Shown here: in pieces, positions 28,217 through 39,838 of the stretch | How the letters are laid out: every line of letters begins with the position of its first letter | How positions within the stretch are numbered: position 1 is the stretch's first letter | From: Gracilinanus agilis | Taxonomy: Eukaryota | Assembly: GCF_016433145.1 (NCBI RefSeq) | Contig: NC_058132.1 | Location: 27,802,654 to 27,866,653, forward strand | Direction: 5' to 3' | DNA length: 64,000 nucleotides | Notes under the pieces: model-generated | What the model saw: only the letters and a program-made list of their open reading frames with translations | Databases searched by the model: none | What the model was told of the DNA's origin: nothing | Position numbers and translations under genes: made by a program

Positions 28217-29214
28217 GACTGGACAGCCCGTGGCCCTTCCCCTTACCAAAGATGCCCCTCACAGGGAGGAGCACCCAGCCTAGAGTGGGTGGGGAGGTGG
28301 TGGGACAGACTCCTCCTCACTCACAACAGGGGAAAGGATCCAGGGGTGACCCCCAACCCCCTGTCCTCCCCTCTCAGCATTTGCTAGATGCCTTCTGGCA
28401 GATGGACCTGGAACTGGAAGGACTTGGCCTGTGGCACTCCATGGGTCCTTCAGACCCTTCCGGGGAACTCAACTACTGAGTTTCAGTTTTGATTTTTTGA
28501 TGTTTTTAAATAACGCCTTGGGACCGAGGGCATCTAGGGTCTCTCTTGGAGCCAAGACCCCATCCCCCTTTGCCTTGATTCAGGGGCCAGTCAGCTTGAC
28601 ACTGGAAATTGGAAGGCAAGGAGAGAGCGGCCTCTGTGCCCTCTGAGCCCCCCAGCGCAAGGATGGAGCTGGGGCTCCCGGGAGCCGACACTACAGGAGG
28701 AAGGGCATCGAGCGGAAAGAAGGAAGGAAGGGTTTTCTGTCTGGGGAGCCGTTTCTTGAATCACTGTGTTGTGTGTCTGCACATGTCTGCACTGGATGCT
28801 TGTTCTCGTGTGTGTCTGGGGGCTCGTGTGTGTGCTCGTGGCTGGCTGGCTGGCTGGCGCGAAGGGGCGTTGGCACACACAGTGTGCGGAAGCCTGTTAA
28901 CTTCCCCAACTCCAGGCCAGTCTGGGGAATGATTGGGAGTGTCTGGTGAACTAGACTGCCTTCACCTGCCTCTCCTCTGCTGATGTCTGATGCCTGGGAG
29001 GTTCGGGGAGCCTCTCTCCACTGTGGCCTCTGCTGAGAATACTACTGTGCTCCTGTGGGACCCTCTTTTTTTAAAAGAGCTATTTATATTGCCATTTCAT
29101 AAGAAACCCCCAGCTGGGGGGGGGATCCTCCAGGAGCCAGAGCCCTGGGGCCTGTGCCGTTGAGTTTGGTTTGGGAAAGCCACGCTGCAGGCCTGGACCC
29201 CCATTAGTTTTACA

Positions 29215-29220
29215 ATTAAA
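29215..29220 (+). terminator. PAK4: PAK4 polyadenylation signal (ATTAAA)
   Basis: ATTAAA ~1 kb after the stop, followed by a GT-rich downstream element. Confidence 0.65.
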
Positions 29221-30736
29221 ACGTTTTCCTTCATTTCTGAGAAAAGTGGTGGCTGAGTGTGGGTCTCTGGGATAGGGCCGCGGGTGGAAAGGGGGGAATG
29301 ATGAGAGCAAGTCGTTGGCCTTTCCCTCCAGAGCCCTGGGATGAAGAAGGTCCCACGAAGATGTGGGCTTTCTTTTGGGGGGAAGCGTGGGGTAGGCCAA
29401 GCTGGAGCAGTCCTGAACCCAGGACCTTTGGGTGGTTCCCAGGAGGCCTCCAAGAGGGCCTAATCTGCCTGCAACCCTCTAAGGAGTACCATTAATTTGA
29501 CCTCACTGTGAGATGGGGAAGTTTGACGAAGAGCTTCCTGGTGCTTCAATCATATTCCCTCAGTTCAAACCCTGCAGTGCATCAGGCCCCCACTTTACGT
29601 GGCCTTGGACTACGTGAGGTTCCAGGTTGGCCGAAGGCCGTGTGGAAGTAGGGGTTCCCCTTATGAGACCTTGATGGTGCTTAGAGGTGACAAAACCCCT
29701 TCCTGTGTCCGCAGAGAAGATGGCGGCAGGATCATCTCTAGGTTGCGCGCAGAAGCCAAGTGCCTCGTCTGCATCACCCGTGCTGATGTCAAAGCCAGGA
29801 AAGGAACTCACGTTTGGATTTCACCTCCAAAGAGAGGCTGTACCCCAGTGCCCCGCATTCCCCTTTGAGGCAGGGGTGTCTTAGGCCAGGCCAGGTGCTC
29901 TCTGATCCCTTCCAGCACTGAGGTTCCATGAACAAATCACTTTTCAGAAAGATTCCCTCCCTACCAGGCTTCTTCCTCCCTCTGGTGAAGAGAGGCCGGC
30001 CTAAGTGGCTCAGGGAGTCACCGTGGTTCTCCCAAGAAGCACCCCTGCTGCCCTCAGCTTTCCTGTGTTGGCCAGGGAGACATCGGAGGAGACAGAGGCC
30101 CAGAGAGGGCCAGTGGCTTGTCCCCCATCATGCAGCATCAGTCAGGTCAACCTTGCTGCCCTCTGAGCTGTCCCAGCCCCTTCCTCCCCACAGACCTGTC
30201 CACGCTCCCGGCTGCTCCACCTGGCGGGAGCCTCCCCTCCTGGCGGTTCCCACGGGCTCTGGAGCCTCAGAAGGCATTTAACCTCCAAGCCTGACCGGTT
30301 GGTCCTTCCATAAGTGATTAATCTGTCATGAAAACGATTGACAGGGAGGGGAAGTGATTCGCCCCGGGCAACCAGCTTCCAGAAAGAGCGACCAACTTGG
30401 AGATCTCTGCTGGGGTCTTTCCTGTCCTCTCTCCTGCTTTCCCTCCACAAACCGGGTCTCCCCAACACTGGGAAGCTCTGTCTCTTGTCTCCCCCTGCAG
30501 GCTGTAGTTGTCTCCACCCCACAGACCCTGGGCGTCCTTGTTTGGAGGAGTTGGAGGACGGTCTAGAGGGGGCTGAACCTCTGCCTGCTCCCCATGATGG
30601 GTAGAAAGAGCTTTGGGCTTGGAGTAGGAGAGCCAGATTCGAATCCTAACTGCTGTTGTTTGAGAGCCTGGGAGGATGGATATCCTGTTGGGTGGGTCCA
30701 AAGGATCTATAGGAAATGTTTGGTAGTGAGTGGTTA

Positions 30737-31120
30737 GGTGGTACCTAGGATAGAGCACCAAACCTGGAGTCAGGAAGACATTTTCCCCCCGAGTTCAAAT
30801 TCGGCCTCACACAGTAGCTGTGTGACCCTGGGCAAGTCACCTCACCCTGTCTGCCTCCGTTTCTTCATCTATGAAATGAGTGGGAATAGGAAGTGGCAAA
30901 TCACTGCAGGATCTTTGTCAAGAAAACCTCAAAAGGGGGGCATCGAGGTGGTTCAGTGCTTTGAGAGCCAGACCTGGAGATCGGATGTCCTGGATTCAAA
31001 TTTGGCCAGCTGTGTGACCCTGGGCAAGTCACTTACCCATTGCCTAGCCCTGACCCCTCTTCTGCCTTGGAACCAACACACCGAAATGATTCTAAGACGG
31101 AAGGTAAAGGTTAGAAAAAA
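30737..31120 (+). mobile_element. MIR-like SINE followed by a SINE1_Mdo-like SINE (30935-31120)
   Basis: Two heads and cores; flanking repeat aaacctcaaa around the second element. Confidence 0.75.
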
Positions 31121-32381
31121 CAAACCTCAAATGGGGTCAGGAAGAGTCAGACTTGACTGGAACAACAACAGATGCTTGTTGACTCACAGGCTGAGCTCCT
31201 CCCCTTTCCTTGCCTGGCTTCCCTTCCCTGGGGCAATGGGGAGCTCATCCCCAGGGGAGGTGGGTGCCTCATCTACCCTGACCCTGTGGCGAGGACCTAT
31301 GGTGAGGGGCTAAGGAAGGGCCTTTGCTCTTAACCAAGACCCCAGTGACTACTGTTTGGGCAGGTCTGTAACTGGAAGGAACTGGAGACAAGCTAGTCCA
31401 AATACTTCCATTTTACAGATGAGGAAACAAAAGCCTTGAGAGAGGGAATGAAAGGTCATGCAGGCAGCAAGTGGCAAAGCAGGATTCGAACTCATACCCT
31501 GGGACTCCACGGGTGACATTCTCTCCCCTGTTTGCCCCCAGAGGAGGCGTGGGGAGGGTGTAGGATGGCCCTGCTCGCCCTCTGGGTTCCTCCCTGCCCT
31601 GGATTCTCCGATGAGGACACACTTCGCTCATTCCATTAGATATTCGGCTTCCACCCATGCTGGCCCTTCCTGTGGTTCTCTTCCCTCCACCTCCACTAGT
31701 CTGGAGGGGGCGGGTGCCGGGCCAGCCCAGGGTGCGGCGTGTGTGTTTATGTCTGTGGTGGGTGGGGGCCTTGCTGTTTCTCCCAGGCCTTCCTCCTCCC
31801 CCTCCCCCAATTCCTCACCTGACCGCCCTTGGTTTCGGGGCTTTAGCTTTAGGGATGGAAGCCGGAAATGGCCTGGAGCCTGCCCGAGGGCTTTCCGAGA
31901 TCCTCTGAGGTCAGGGGGCTCCTTATTAATCGCGTCGTTAGGAATGTTAACGAGGGCGATGGGCCTCATTAGGAAGGGCCCCATCCTAGCATTAGCCTCC
32001 TTAATTAGTCCTGCCCATCTCTCGCCCCATTTCCCAGAAAGGAAGGGGCTGCCTGTGTCCTCTCTCCAGGTCTGGGCTGGTCCCCTGGATCCCCGCGGAA
32101 GGGCCGAAACTTGGGGAATTGGTCCCTAATAGGACCGGGGCTAGGAGGAAGGGATCTATCCGATGGTCTGCCTTAGGGAGAGCGCTGAGGGGGAGGACGC
32201 CTGGGTCCTCCGGGCTCCGGACAGGAAGGCGGCAGGGCGAGGGGGTTGGAAAGATCCCCTTTGGGACTTCAAGGGGCCGGTCCCCCGCAATGGGGGTAGG
32301 GCCGATTGGGCTCCCGAGGCAGAGGGAAGGGTTAGAAGGACATGAACTCCTGGGTCTTTCCCCACCTAGAGTGGCTCCTCC

Positions 32382-32388
32382 TTAAATA
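32382..32388 (+). promoter_or_regulatory. NCCRP1: TATA-like box of NCCRP1
   Basis: TTAAATA ~60 nt upstream of ATG 32447, within a CpG-rich segment. Confidence 0.45.
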
Positions 32389-32446
32389 CCGCAACGGTGT
32401 GGCCTCACCCTCAGGAACCCCACAACTGTGGAAGATCCCGAGAGAG

Positions 32447-32735
32447 ATGGACGGCCCGGCAGAAGGAGGATCTGAGGGGCAGAAGGTAGTGCCGAGACCC
32501 CAGTCTCCCCCCTTTCCTCCGCGGGCTCCCACGCCCCCGCCGCCTCTGTCGCCTGGCTCTGTCATCGGAGAGTCCCCTCTGCCTGTGTCATCGGAACTAG
32601 GTGCCCGCCAGCTGCTGCTGGACGAGTGGGGGACCCCCGGGGCGGAACTGAAGCTGCCGGAGGGGCTCAGCTGGAAGCTTCTCTACGTGCGGAGGCCTCT
32701 CTACCGCAACCTGCTGCGGTCACCGAACCCTGAGG
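32447..32735 (+). CDS. NCCRP1: NCCRP1 (FBA-domain, F-box-associated family) exon 1
   Basis: gagATGG Kozak; MDGPAEGG...ARQLLLDEWG...LSWKLLYVRRPLYRNLLRSPNPE-G|gtgcgg; 289 nt, phase 1. Confidence 0.88.
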
Positions 32736-33099
32736 GTGCGGCTCGAACCCGGGCGGGAAGGTGGGGGGAGCAGGAGGGGCGAATGGAGTGACGGGACGGA
32801 GCAGAGGGATAGCGGCCAGAGCCTGGGGACAGAGCGGGGCGGCCAGCCTGCCTCCCGACGTCACTAGATCTCTGTCCAGCAGTCTTCAGCCTTCGGTCCG
32901 TCTCCCTTTGTGTCTTTATCTCAGCCCCAGTCTAGCTCCGTCTCTCCCGTCCCTGTCCCAGCGCCTGTTTGCCCATAGCTTCTCTCTGGATATCTGTTAT
33001 CTCTCTCAATATCCATCTCTGAGGGCGCACTGTTGGCTTTGTCTCTCCGTCTCCGCCTTCTTCCCCCTCTTCCTCTGCGTCTGTCTCTGTGTATCTCTG

Positions 33100-33560
33100 T
33101 GTCTCTCCCTCCCCGGTTTCTCTATCTCTGTCTCTCCCTCCTGGAGTCTCTCTCTCTCTGTCTCTCCTTCCCTGAATCTCTATCTCTCTGCCTCTCCCTC
33201 CCTGAGTTTCTCTGCCTCTCTCTCCGAGTTTCTCTCTCTCTCTCCCTCCCCGAGTCTCTTTGTCTCTCCCTCTCCAGTCTCTCCATCTCTCTGTCTCTCT
33301 CTCCCTGAGTCTCTCTCTATCTCTTTGCCTCTCCCTCCCTGAGTTTCTCTATCTCTCTGCCTCTCCCTCCTTGAGTCTCTCTCTCTGTCTCTCTGCCTCT
33401 CCCTCCTTGAGTCTCTCCATCTCTCCCTCCCTGAGTCTCTTTGTCTCTCCCTCTCCAGTTTCTCTATCTCTCTGCCTCTCCCTCCTTGAGTCTCTCTGTC
33501 TCTCTGTCTCTCCCTCCCTGAGTCTCTCTATCTTTCTATCTCTCTGTCTCTCTATCTCTC
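33100..33560 (+). repeat. Pyrimidine-rich degenerate minisatellite in NCCRP1 intron 1
   Basis: Recurrent unit like ctctccctcc(c/t)tgagt(c/t)tctcta(t)ctctctgc on a (CT)n background. Confidence 0.85.
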
Positions 33561-34227
33561 TGCCTTGTATTTACTTAGATCTAGCACTTTTATGGGCTGT
33601 TCTCTATGGATCCATCTCTGCCCTGTCCCTCCGACATTGTTAGCCTGTGTCCTATCTCTCTCCCTGCCCCCGTTGCTCCCTCTGGCCTAGATCCTGGGTT
33701 CTAATCCTGACACTGAATTTAATGGATCCATTTTCTGATCCTTAGACGCCTCTTTGCTTCCGACTTCTCCACACCCAACCCCACCCCTACTAGAGGGGAG
33801 CTGGTTTCTCAGACATTGTTCTCAGCCCCAAGGCCCTGACTCACCCTGGCCCAGCCTGTCTAGCTTTGCCTCAGGGAAGAGCCAGAGAAGCTGGGAGCCT
33901 GAGATCTTTTTCCGGGAGGGCTGATCTTGGGAGGGAGTGGGAATGAGGGCTGTGAGAGGGGCTTTCTGGGAGGTATGTGTTGGAAAGGTGGCCAGGGGAT
34001 TCATGGGCATTGAGGCAATTAGCAAAGGCCAAGGCAGGCATTTGAGGACTGGAAGGTAACTGGAGATCTGTAACAAGGTGGTTGGTAAGGGATGGGGTCA
34101 GTGAATTTTAGAGGGATCAGAGGGCAGGAGGGAGTCCAAGAAGGCTCAGTGAGAGGTCAAGGGATAAGTGTGGGGGTAGGGATCATTGGTGGGTCTATGA
34201 GCTCTGAGCCTCTGCTCCCTATTTCAG

Positions 34228-34287
34228 GCATCAACATCTATGAACCACCACCGCCCTGCGGTCCCCCTCGGCCCCTGGAGACCTTGG
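34228..34287 (+). CDS. NCCRP1: NCCRP1 exon 2
   Basis: tttcag|INIYEPPPPCGPPRPLETL-G|gtaagt; 60 nt. Confidence 0.93.
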
Positions 34288-34483
34288 GTAAGTGCCCTAC
34301 CCCCCAGCAGGAATGGAGGGTCTGGGGAAAGAGAAGAAGGAGCTTATGTCTTCCCCTCGTCCCAGAGTCCCAGAAATAGACTCCTGGAGGGAGGTGTGGC
34401 ATTCCAGAGAGGAGGTTAGTGTATGGTTATGGGGAGAAGAGCCTGGGATCTGGATCTAACCCTGTTCTCCCTCCTTCTCCCAG

Positions 34484-34535
34484 GTAACTTTAGCGGATGG
34501 CAAATCAGCACTGAGAAACTGCTCCCCAGCTTCAG
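34484..34535 (+). CDS. NCCRP1: NCCRP1 exon 3
   Basis: tcccag|NFSGWQISTEKLLPSF-S|gtgagg; 52 nt. Confidence 0.9.
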
Positions 34536-34817
34536 GTGAGGGCTGGGGGCTGGCCTCCTGGGCCTGGGAAGGGCAGGCTGCAGAGAGCCATCTCCTCAGC
34601 TGGAGAGCCAAGGCATGGGGGGGGGGGGGGGAACCTTCCTTGAGCTGTGACCTCAACCTGGAAGAAGGAACAGAGGCTGGAGCCTTGGGTTCTCAGGGGG
34701 AGATGGGCAAAGGGCAAAGAAGCCAGATGCTCGGGTTCTTATCTCAAAGGGATCTGGGGAGGGAGAGCACAGGCCCAGGACCCCAGGCCCCACCCAGCCC
34801 TCTCTTCTTGCCTCCAG

Positions 34818-34913
34818 CTGGACAGTGAAGCAACAGTGTATAGACCTTCTGGCCGAGGGCTTGTGGGAAGAGCTGCTGGACAAACAACAGCCAGACATCA
34901 CCGTCATGGACTG
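34818..34913 (+). CDS. NCCRP1: NCCRP1 exon 4
   Basis: ctccag|WTVKQQCIDLLAEGLWEELLDKQQPDITVMD-W|gtatgg; 96 nt. Confidence 0.94.
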
Positions 34914-35065
34914 GTATGGAAGCCGAGAGGATGGGAGGACCAAGCACTGAGAATGGGGGACCTCCAGGGGTCCTGCCTCCTCTGCTGGGGCTGCAGAGTT
35001 GGGTGCCCTGGATCTGATCTCTTCCTCTCCACCCCATCCTCCTATCCCCCTACCTCCCCTTCAAG

Positions 35066-35204
35066 GTTTGAGAACAGCTGCCTGGATACGTATGTGTACG
35101 AGCTCCATGTCTGGCTCTTGGCGGCAGACAGACGCACCATCATCCGGCAGTACCACAATGCTCCTCGACCCTCTCCAAAGGGCCCGACTGGACACTGGTG
35201 CCAG
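35066..35204 (+). CDS. NCCRP1: NCCRP1 exon 5
   Basis: ttcaag|FENSCLDTYVYELHVWLLAADRRTIIRQYHNAPRPSPKGPTGHWCQ|gtgaga; 139 nt. Confidence 0.94.
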
Positions 35205-35229
35205 GTGAGACCCTGAGAACATTCCCCTG

Positions 35230-35457
35230 TTCTTATTGTCAAGTCGTTTCAGTCCTGGCTGACTCTTCATGACTCTCTTTGGAGTTTTCTTGGCAAAGAT
35301 ACTGGAGCAGTTTGCCATTTCTTTCTCCAGCTCTTTTGACAGATAAGGAAACTGAGGCAACCAGGATTAAGTGACTTACCCAGAGTCATACAACTAAGAA
35401 GTATCTGAGGTCGGGTTTGAATTCAGGTCTTCCTGACTCCAGGTTATCTAGCTGCCT
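35230..35457 (-). mobile_element. MAR1/MIR-type core-SINE with RTE-like tail
   Basis: Reverse complement of the core plus a ggagaaggaaatggcaaac...aagag-type tail. Confidence 0.75.
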
Positions 35458-35756
35458 GTGAATGGACTCCAATTGGAGGCCTCGGAATCTCCCTAAAATT
35501 CCCTATCTTTGATTGTTCTCTAATATCCTTCACTGACCTCCACTCTCCCCTGATTCCAATGTACCTTACTGGGTCCTCACTGAGCCATTCTCCCTGTTCC
35601 TCAATCCTAGATCCTAAATTTCAAGGGACCTTAGAAATCATCTAAGCAAACCTCATATAAAGAGGCAGGAAACTAATAGAGAAGTCAAGTAATTTAGCCA
35701 AGGTAACACAGGGTTAGTAAGTAGCAACCAGGACTTGAATCTAGCCCTTCTGACTG

Positions 35757-36018
35757 AGGCACTAGATGGCACAGTAAACAGAGTGCCTTACCTGGAGTCA
35801 GGAAGACCTGAGTTCAAATCAGAACTCAGACACTTACTGGCTGTGTGATTCTGGACAAGTCACTTAGCCTCTGTTTGCCTTAATCTACTGAAGAAGGAAA
35901 TGGCAAACCACTTTGGTATCTTTGCCAAAAAAACAAAAAAAACAAAACCCATGGATAATATTATTGTGCAGTGGTCTACAGGGTCATGAAGAGTCAATCA
36001 GATACAACTGAACAATAA
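35757..36018 (+). mobile_element. MAR1/MIR-type core-SINE with RTE-like tail
   Basis: ggcactagatggcacag head, core, gaaggaaatggcaaaccact...gggtcatgaagagtc tail. Confidence 0.78.
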
Positions 36019-36510
36019 CCTCCCACTGACCCCAAATTTCACACTCTTTCTACTATCCCCCACTATTTCCCTGTATCGTCTGCAAATATCACTCATTCCC
36101 CAAATGTTCTCCTAGGTTTCTTTCTAAGATTCCCACTCAGTGTTCGCCAGTGTTTTCATTCAGGCTCTTCCAACGCCATCTCAGCGTTTCCTCCCAACTT
36201 TCCCCCTAAAGTTTTCCCAATACTTCCTTCCCTATTTCTCCCAATATTTTCCCGTTGTTCTATGCCAGTGTTTCCCAATATCTCCTCAAGGTTCCTTCTC
36301 AGGGTCCCCCAGCATCCTCTCCCATATCCCCTCAGAATTCCCTTCCAATGCCTTCCAGCATCCTCTCCCAGTGCATCCCAGTATCCTCTCCCAGGACCTC
36401 CAATATCCTCTCCCAATGTCCCCCAGTGTCTTCAACTAATGGCACTTCATTTTCCCCCCAATGTCTTCTCCCAAAGTCTCCAGTGCCCTCCCCCAATGTC
36501 CCTAATATAC

Positions 36511-36690
36511 TTTTTTTTTTTTTTTTAAACCCTGACCTTCCATCTTGGAATCAATACTATGTATTGGTTCCAAGGCAGAAGAGTGGTAAGGGCTAGGCAA
36601 TGGGGGTTAAGTGACTTGATCAGGGTCAGCTAGGAAGTGTCTGAGGCCAGATTTGAACCCAGGACCTCCCATCTCTGGGCCTGATTCTAA
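36511..36690 (-). mobile_element. SINE1_Mdo-like SINE
   Basis: Poly-T plus reverse-complement SINE body. Confidence 0.85.
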
Positions 36691-36893
36691 TGCCTCCCAG
36701 TGCCCTCTCCCAACTCTCCTATGTTCTCTCTCCAATTCCTAGTGCTCCCTCATAATGTCTCCCTAAAGAGCACCCCTTCCAACCCCCCAAACTTGGCTGG
36801 TGAGGAAGGAGTAGGGAGGGCATTCTGGGAAGTGTCTGGTATTTCCCAGGCCAGCCCAGAAAGGCTGCTCATTTTGTTATCTTGCCCCTCAAG

Positions 36894-37034
36894 GTGTCTC
36901 ACGTATTCAAATGCTATGGCCCAGGAGTCCGGTTCATTCACTTCTTGCACAAAGCGAAGAACCGTATGGGTTCTGATGGATTCCGAAGAACTCGAGTGAC
37001 TGACTCCTCAGTGTCTCTGCAGCTACGGAATTGA
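36894..37034 (+). CDS. NCCRP1: NCCRP1 exon 6 (last)
   Basis: ctcaag|VSHVFKCYGPGVRFIHFLHKAKNRMGSDGFRRTRVTDSSVSLQLRN-TGA; total CDS 777 nt = 258 aa. Confidence 0.94.
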   Translation: MSHVFKCYGPGVRFIHFLHKAKNRMGSDGFRRTRVTDSSVSLQLRN

Positions 37035-37817
37035 GCTGTCTTCCCCCTGCATCTTTATCCCAGTGAGCTCTTCTTCTCCACCGCCTTCTCCATCCTGCAT
37101 GCATACATACAAGGACCCTCCTGCCTCCCCATGAAAGGGCACCTTCTCTCCTCCCAAGTGTATCTCTGAGAGCTTTCATTTTAGCCCATATATTTTCTCA
37201 AGAAACCACTATCAGCCCATCCCCGATATCTCCACCAAGGGACTCCTCGTCTTCTCCTAAAACCTTTAGGAATCCCCCAAAGCCCCCTGAATAGCCTCCC
37301 TAAGGATTTATCTTTCCCAAACATAACCGGAAGGTTCCAAAATATCTTCTCAAATATACCCTGGGAATCCTGCCTTTTCTCCCCTAAATGCCCCCCTCAG
37401 AGCTCCTTTCCTCCAAATGAATATCCACTCAAGGGTCCCCACATGCTCCCCAGATACCCAAGAAACCCTTAATTTCCCCCCCAAAATATATCCCCATAAA
37501 GTTCTCTCTTCTCCCGGAAAATGTTTCTCCTCAAAATATCCCCGCAGACATTTACTTCCCCTAAACAACTCCCTGGGGAATTAGTCGTCTCCCCTCAAAA
37601 TCCTTGCCCTAAATATACTCCTAGGAACTCCTTATCTCTCCGAGATTTTCCTAGAACCCCTAATATCTCTCTAAATACCTCTCATATCCCCAAATGTGCC
37701 CCCAGCCAAGGATCCCAGATTTCCCCAATATCCGCTGAGGACCCCTCTTCACCCCAATATATTCATTAGGGCCACCAGCCTTTCTCAGAGATCCCCCTGA
37801 GGGATGCGTATTTGCAG

Positions 37818-37823
37818 AATAAA
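37818..37823 (+). terminator. NCCRP1: NCCRP1 polyadenylation signal AATAAA
   Basis: First canonical AATAAA after the stop, followed by GTGTTT. Confidence 0.7.
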
Positions 37824-38121
37824 AGTGTTTGCTCAAGGTTTTTTCCCCTGGAGCTCTTGGGAGGGGGATCCCTTGGGACTCCCCAATGCCTCACCTCATC
37901 TCCTGTCCCTACAGAAAAGCCTAGATTAAAATGGTTTGATTTGAGTCTCTGTCTCTTTCTCTGGATCCTGAACTTGACTGTCTCCTGGTGACCAAGTCCT
38001 GCAAAACTCTCAAACTCCAAAATGAGTCCTGACACCCGAGCTCTTCCCCACCCAGCTACGCCGTTCCCCCGACCCCAGAACAGAAAGGAAGACATAATGG
38101 CAAATATTGTCACAAAAGCTC

Positions 38122-38127
38122 TTTATT
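38122..38127 (-). terminator. SYCN: SYCN polyadenylation signal AATAAA (minus strand)
   Basis: TTTATT on + strand, ~420 nt downstream of the SYCN stop. Confidence 0.7.
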
Positions 38128-38547
38128 GAGGGGGTGGCAGCGTCTGGGGCTAGGGGCACCAGCTGATTAGCAGAGGCGGCTATGGGTACAGAAAGATGAG
38201 GCTAAGGACCCGGAGGGTGGGCCAAAAGGAGAAGGGACCCCAGGGTGACAGCTGAAAACTCATGGAGTTAGGAGAGTGGGCTCCCCTGGCCCGAGAAAGC
38301 TGATAGGCTGAACTGGGAGCTCCAGGTAGGGTCAGGGGCTCTTGAGGTCTGAGTTCTGGCTGGGAGCTGTCTTCTGGGTCCTGTAGCCAGTGGCTGATAG
38401 ACTCTAGGAGAACCAGAGCTGGGTCCGGGCACTCATCTGGGCATCTGGCCAGTTAGCGGTCGTGGGTAGCAATGAGACAGGCATGAGGTTACGGTGCAGG
38501 GCTGGCTCGGGTTGGGGAAGGGTCCTCACGAGGGGCCCCCAGCTGGC

Positions 38548-38958
38548 TTAATTACACTTGCAGTAGAGAGCCGCGATGGCGTTGTTCCAATCTCCAAATA
38601 TCCCAAGGCGAAACTCAGCCAGGCGAGGGTAAGCTCCGGAGGAGAACTTTCGGGTCTTGCCACCCTTGCCCTTTCGAGACCAGACAGTGAGTTCGCAGCG
38701 GGGACCCACCACCAGGGAGGAGGCGGTTTGGTACCAGCCCGAAGGCAGGTAGGGCAGGTCAGCCCCGGGCTCCAGGCTGAGCTCTGAGCCGGCGCAGCAG
38801 TTCTCATAGTAGGCATCACTCTTGTCATAGAGGCGGGCACATACTCGAGGCCCATCAGCTGGCCTCAGGTCTGCAGGGACCGGACATGCAGCCTGGGTGC
38901 CAGGCAGGGCCCTCAGCAGGGCCAGCAAGAATAGCGAAGGTACGAGCAACGGGGCCAT
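38548..38958 (-). CDS. SYCN: Syncollin (zymogen granule protein), single coding exon, 136 aa
   Basis: GCCATGG Kozak; signal peptide [23 protein letters not shown]; mature ACPVPADL...[16 protein letters not shown]...[10 protein letters not shown]...[15 protein letters not shown]; syntenic position between NCCRP1 and IFNL. Confidence 0.96.
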   Translation of the reverse strand: MAPLLVPSLFLLALLRALPGTQAACPVPADLRPADGPRVCARLYDKSDAYYENCCAGSELSLEPGADLPYLPSGWYQTASSLVVGPRCELTVWSRKGKGGKTRKFSSGAYPRLAEFRLGIFGDWNNAIAALYCKCN

Positions 38959-39013
38959 GGCCAAAGGTGGACACGGGACAGCAGGCACCTACCAGCACTG
39001 CTTCCCAACTTCC

Positions 39014-39113
39014 TTATAAGAGCTTCGGGGAGAGAGATTGTGGGAAAGGAAGAATCTGGCTGTGAAGAGATAAGGGGGTCGGGGTCTGGGGCACACTGGG
39101 ATCCCAGCACCTG
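39014..39113 (-). promoter_or_regulatory. SYCN: SYCN proximal promoter (TATA, TC-box-like, GATA, E-box)
   Basis: TATAA (39014-18), TTTCCCA on minus strand (39041-47), AGATAA (~39068-73), CACCTG (39108-13). Confidence 0.5.
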
Positions 39114-39736
39114 GGAGGGAGTCCTACTTGGCCCCTCCTGACCAGACCCAACAAAGCCAGCATCCTGCTGGCTCGCCTAAGAGAGAACAGGGCATCTATC
39201 CAGGGTATCTATCACCTGTGCCCAAGCCACTCGGTCCTCACTCAGGGTCAGCCAATATTGACTGACTGGACACCCTTTTCCCTCCAATCTAATCTTCCAC
39301 CCAGGTGGTACCTTCCCAGAGGCCACACACAAGGCCAAAGAAGACCCAGATGGCCCCCCTATTTCTGAGATTGAGGTACAGGCCAGCACCCACACAGATT
39401 CACTTGTAGCTACACTACAGACCCCCCCCCCCAGTCCCGTCTGCTCTCAACCACACACGTAGACCCATGATCCAACCTATGTAGAACCAGGGCTAACCAG
39501 GGGCAGCTATGGACTCAAATATTCACACCCAGACCCCAGATCCCACCTGCTCACTGCATTAGACCCACAACTGCACACACAAACTACAACCGCGCTCACA
39601 AAACCCCACAATCCCGCCTGTTCACAGCCACACGTACACAAAACTCTCTCACCCTTGTTTACAGCCATACCAAGTTTCACAAACCCAAACCTATACAACT
39701 AACTACACGTGGGTCTTGAATTTCATTATAAACAAT

Positions 39737-39838
39737 TTTATTTATTTGACAAAATGTAGAAAAATATAAAGAAGTACAAAACCATATATAAATAGCTATA
39801 AATAGAACAGGTGCATGTTGGGGACAGGGGGAATAAAT
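39737..39838 (-). promoter_or_regulatory. IFNL3: IFNL 3'UTR AU-rich elements and polyadenylation signals
   Basis: Three ATTTA pentamers on the minus strand (39789-93, 39799-803, 39834-38) and overlapping AATAAA (39737-46). Confidence 0.8.

Noticed and set aside
32342-32446. In-frame upstream ATG extending NCCRP1 by 35 aa
   Set aside because: It lies upstream of the TATA-like box and has a weaker Kozak context than ATG 32447; the extension does not resemble the NCCRP1 N-terminus. Not fully excluded
32761-33643. Ser/Leu-rich ORFs
   Set aside because: Translation of the CT minisatellite
38959-38988. ORF-track start of SYCN at 38988
   Set aside because: It is a GTG; the ATG at 38958 has a strong Kozak context and begins the signal peptide
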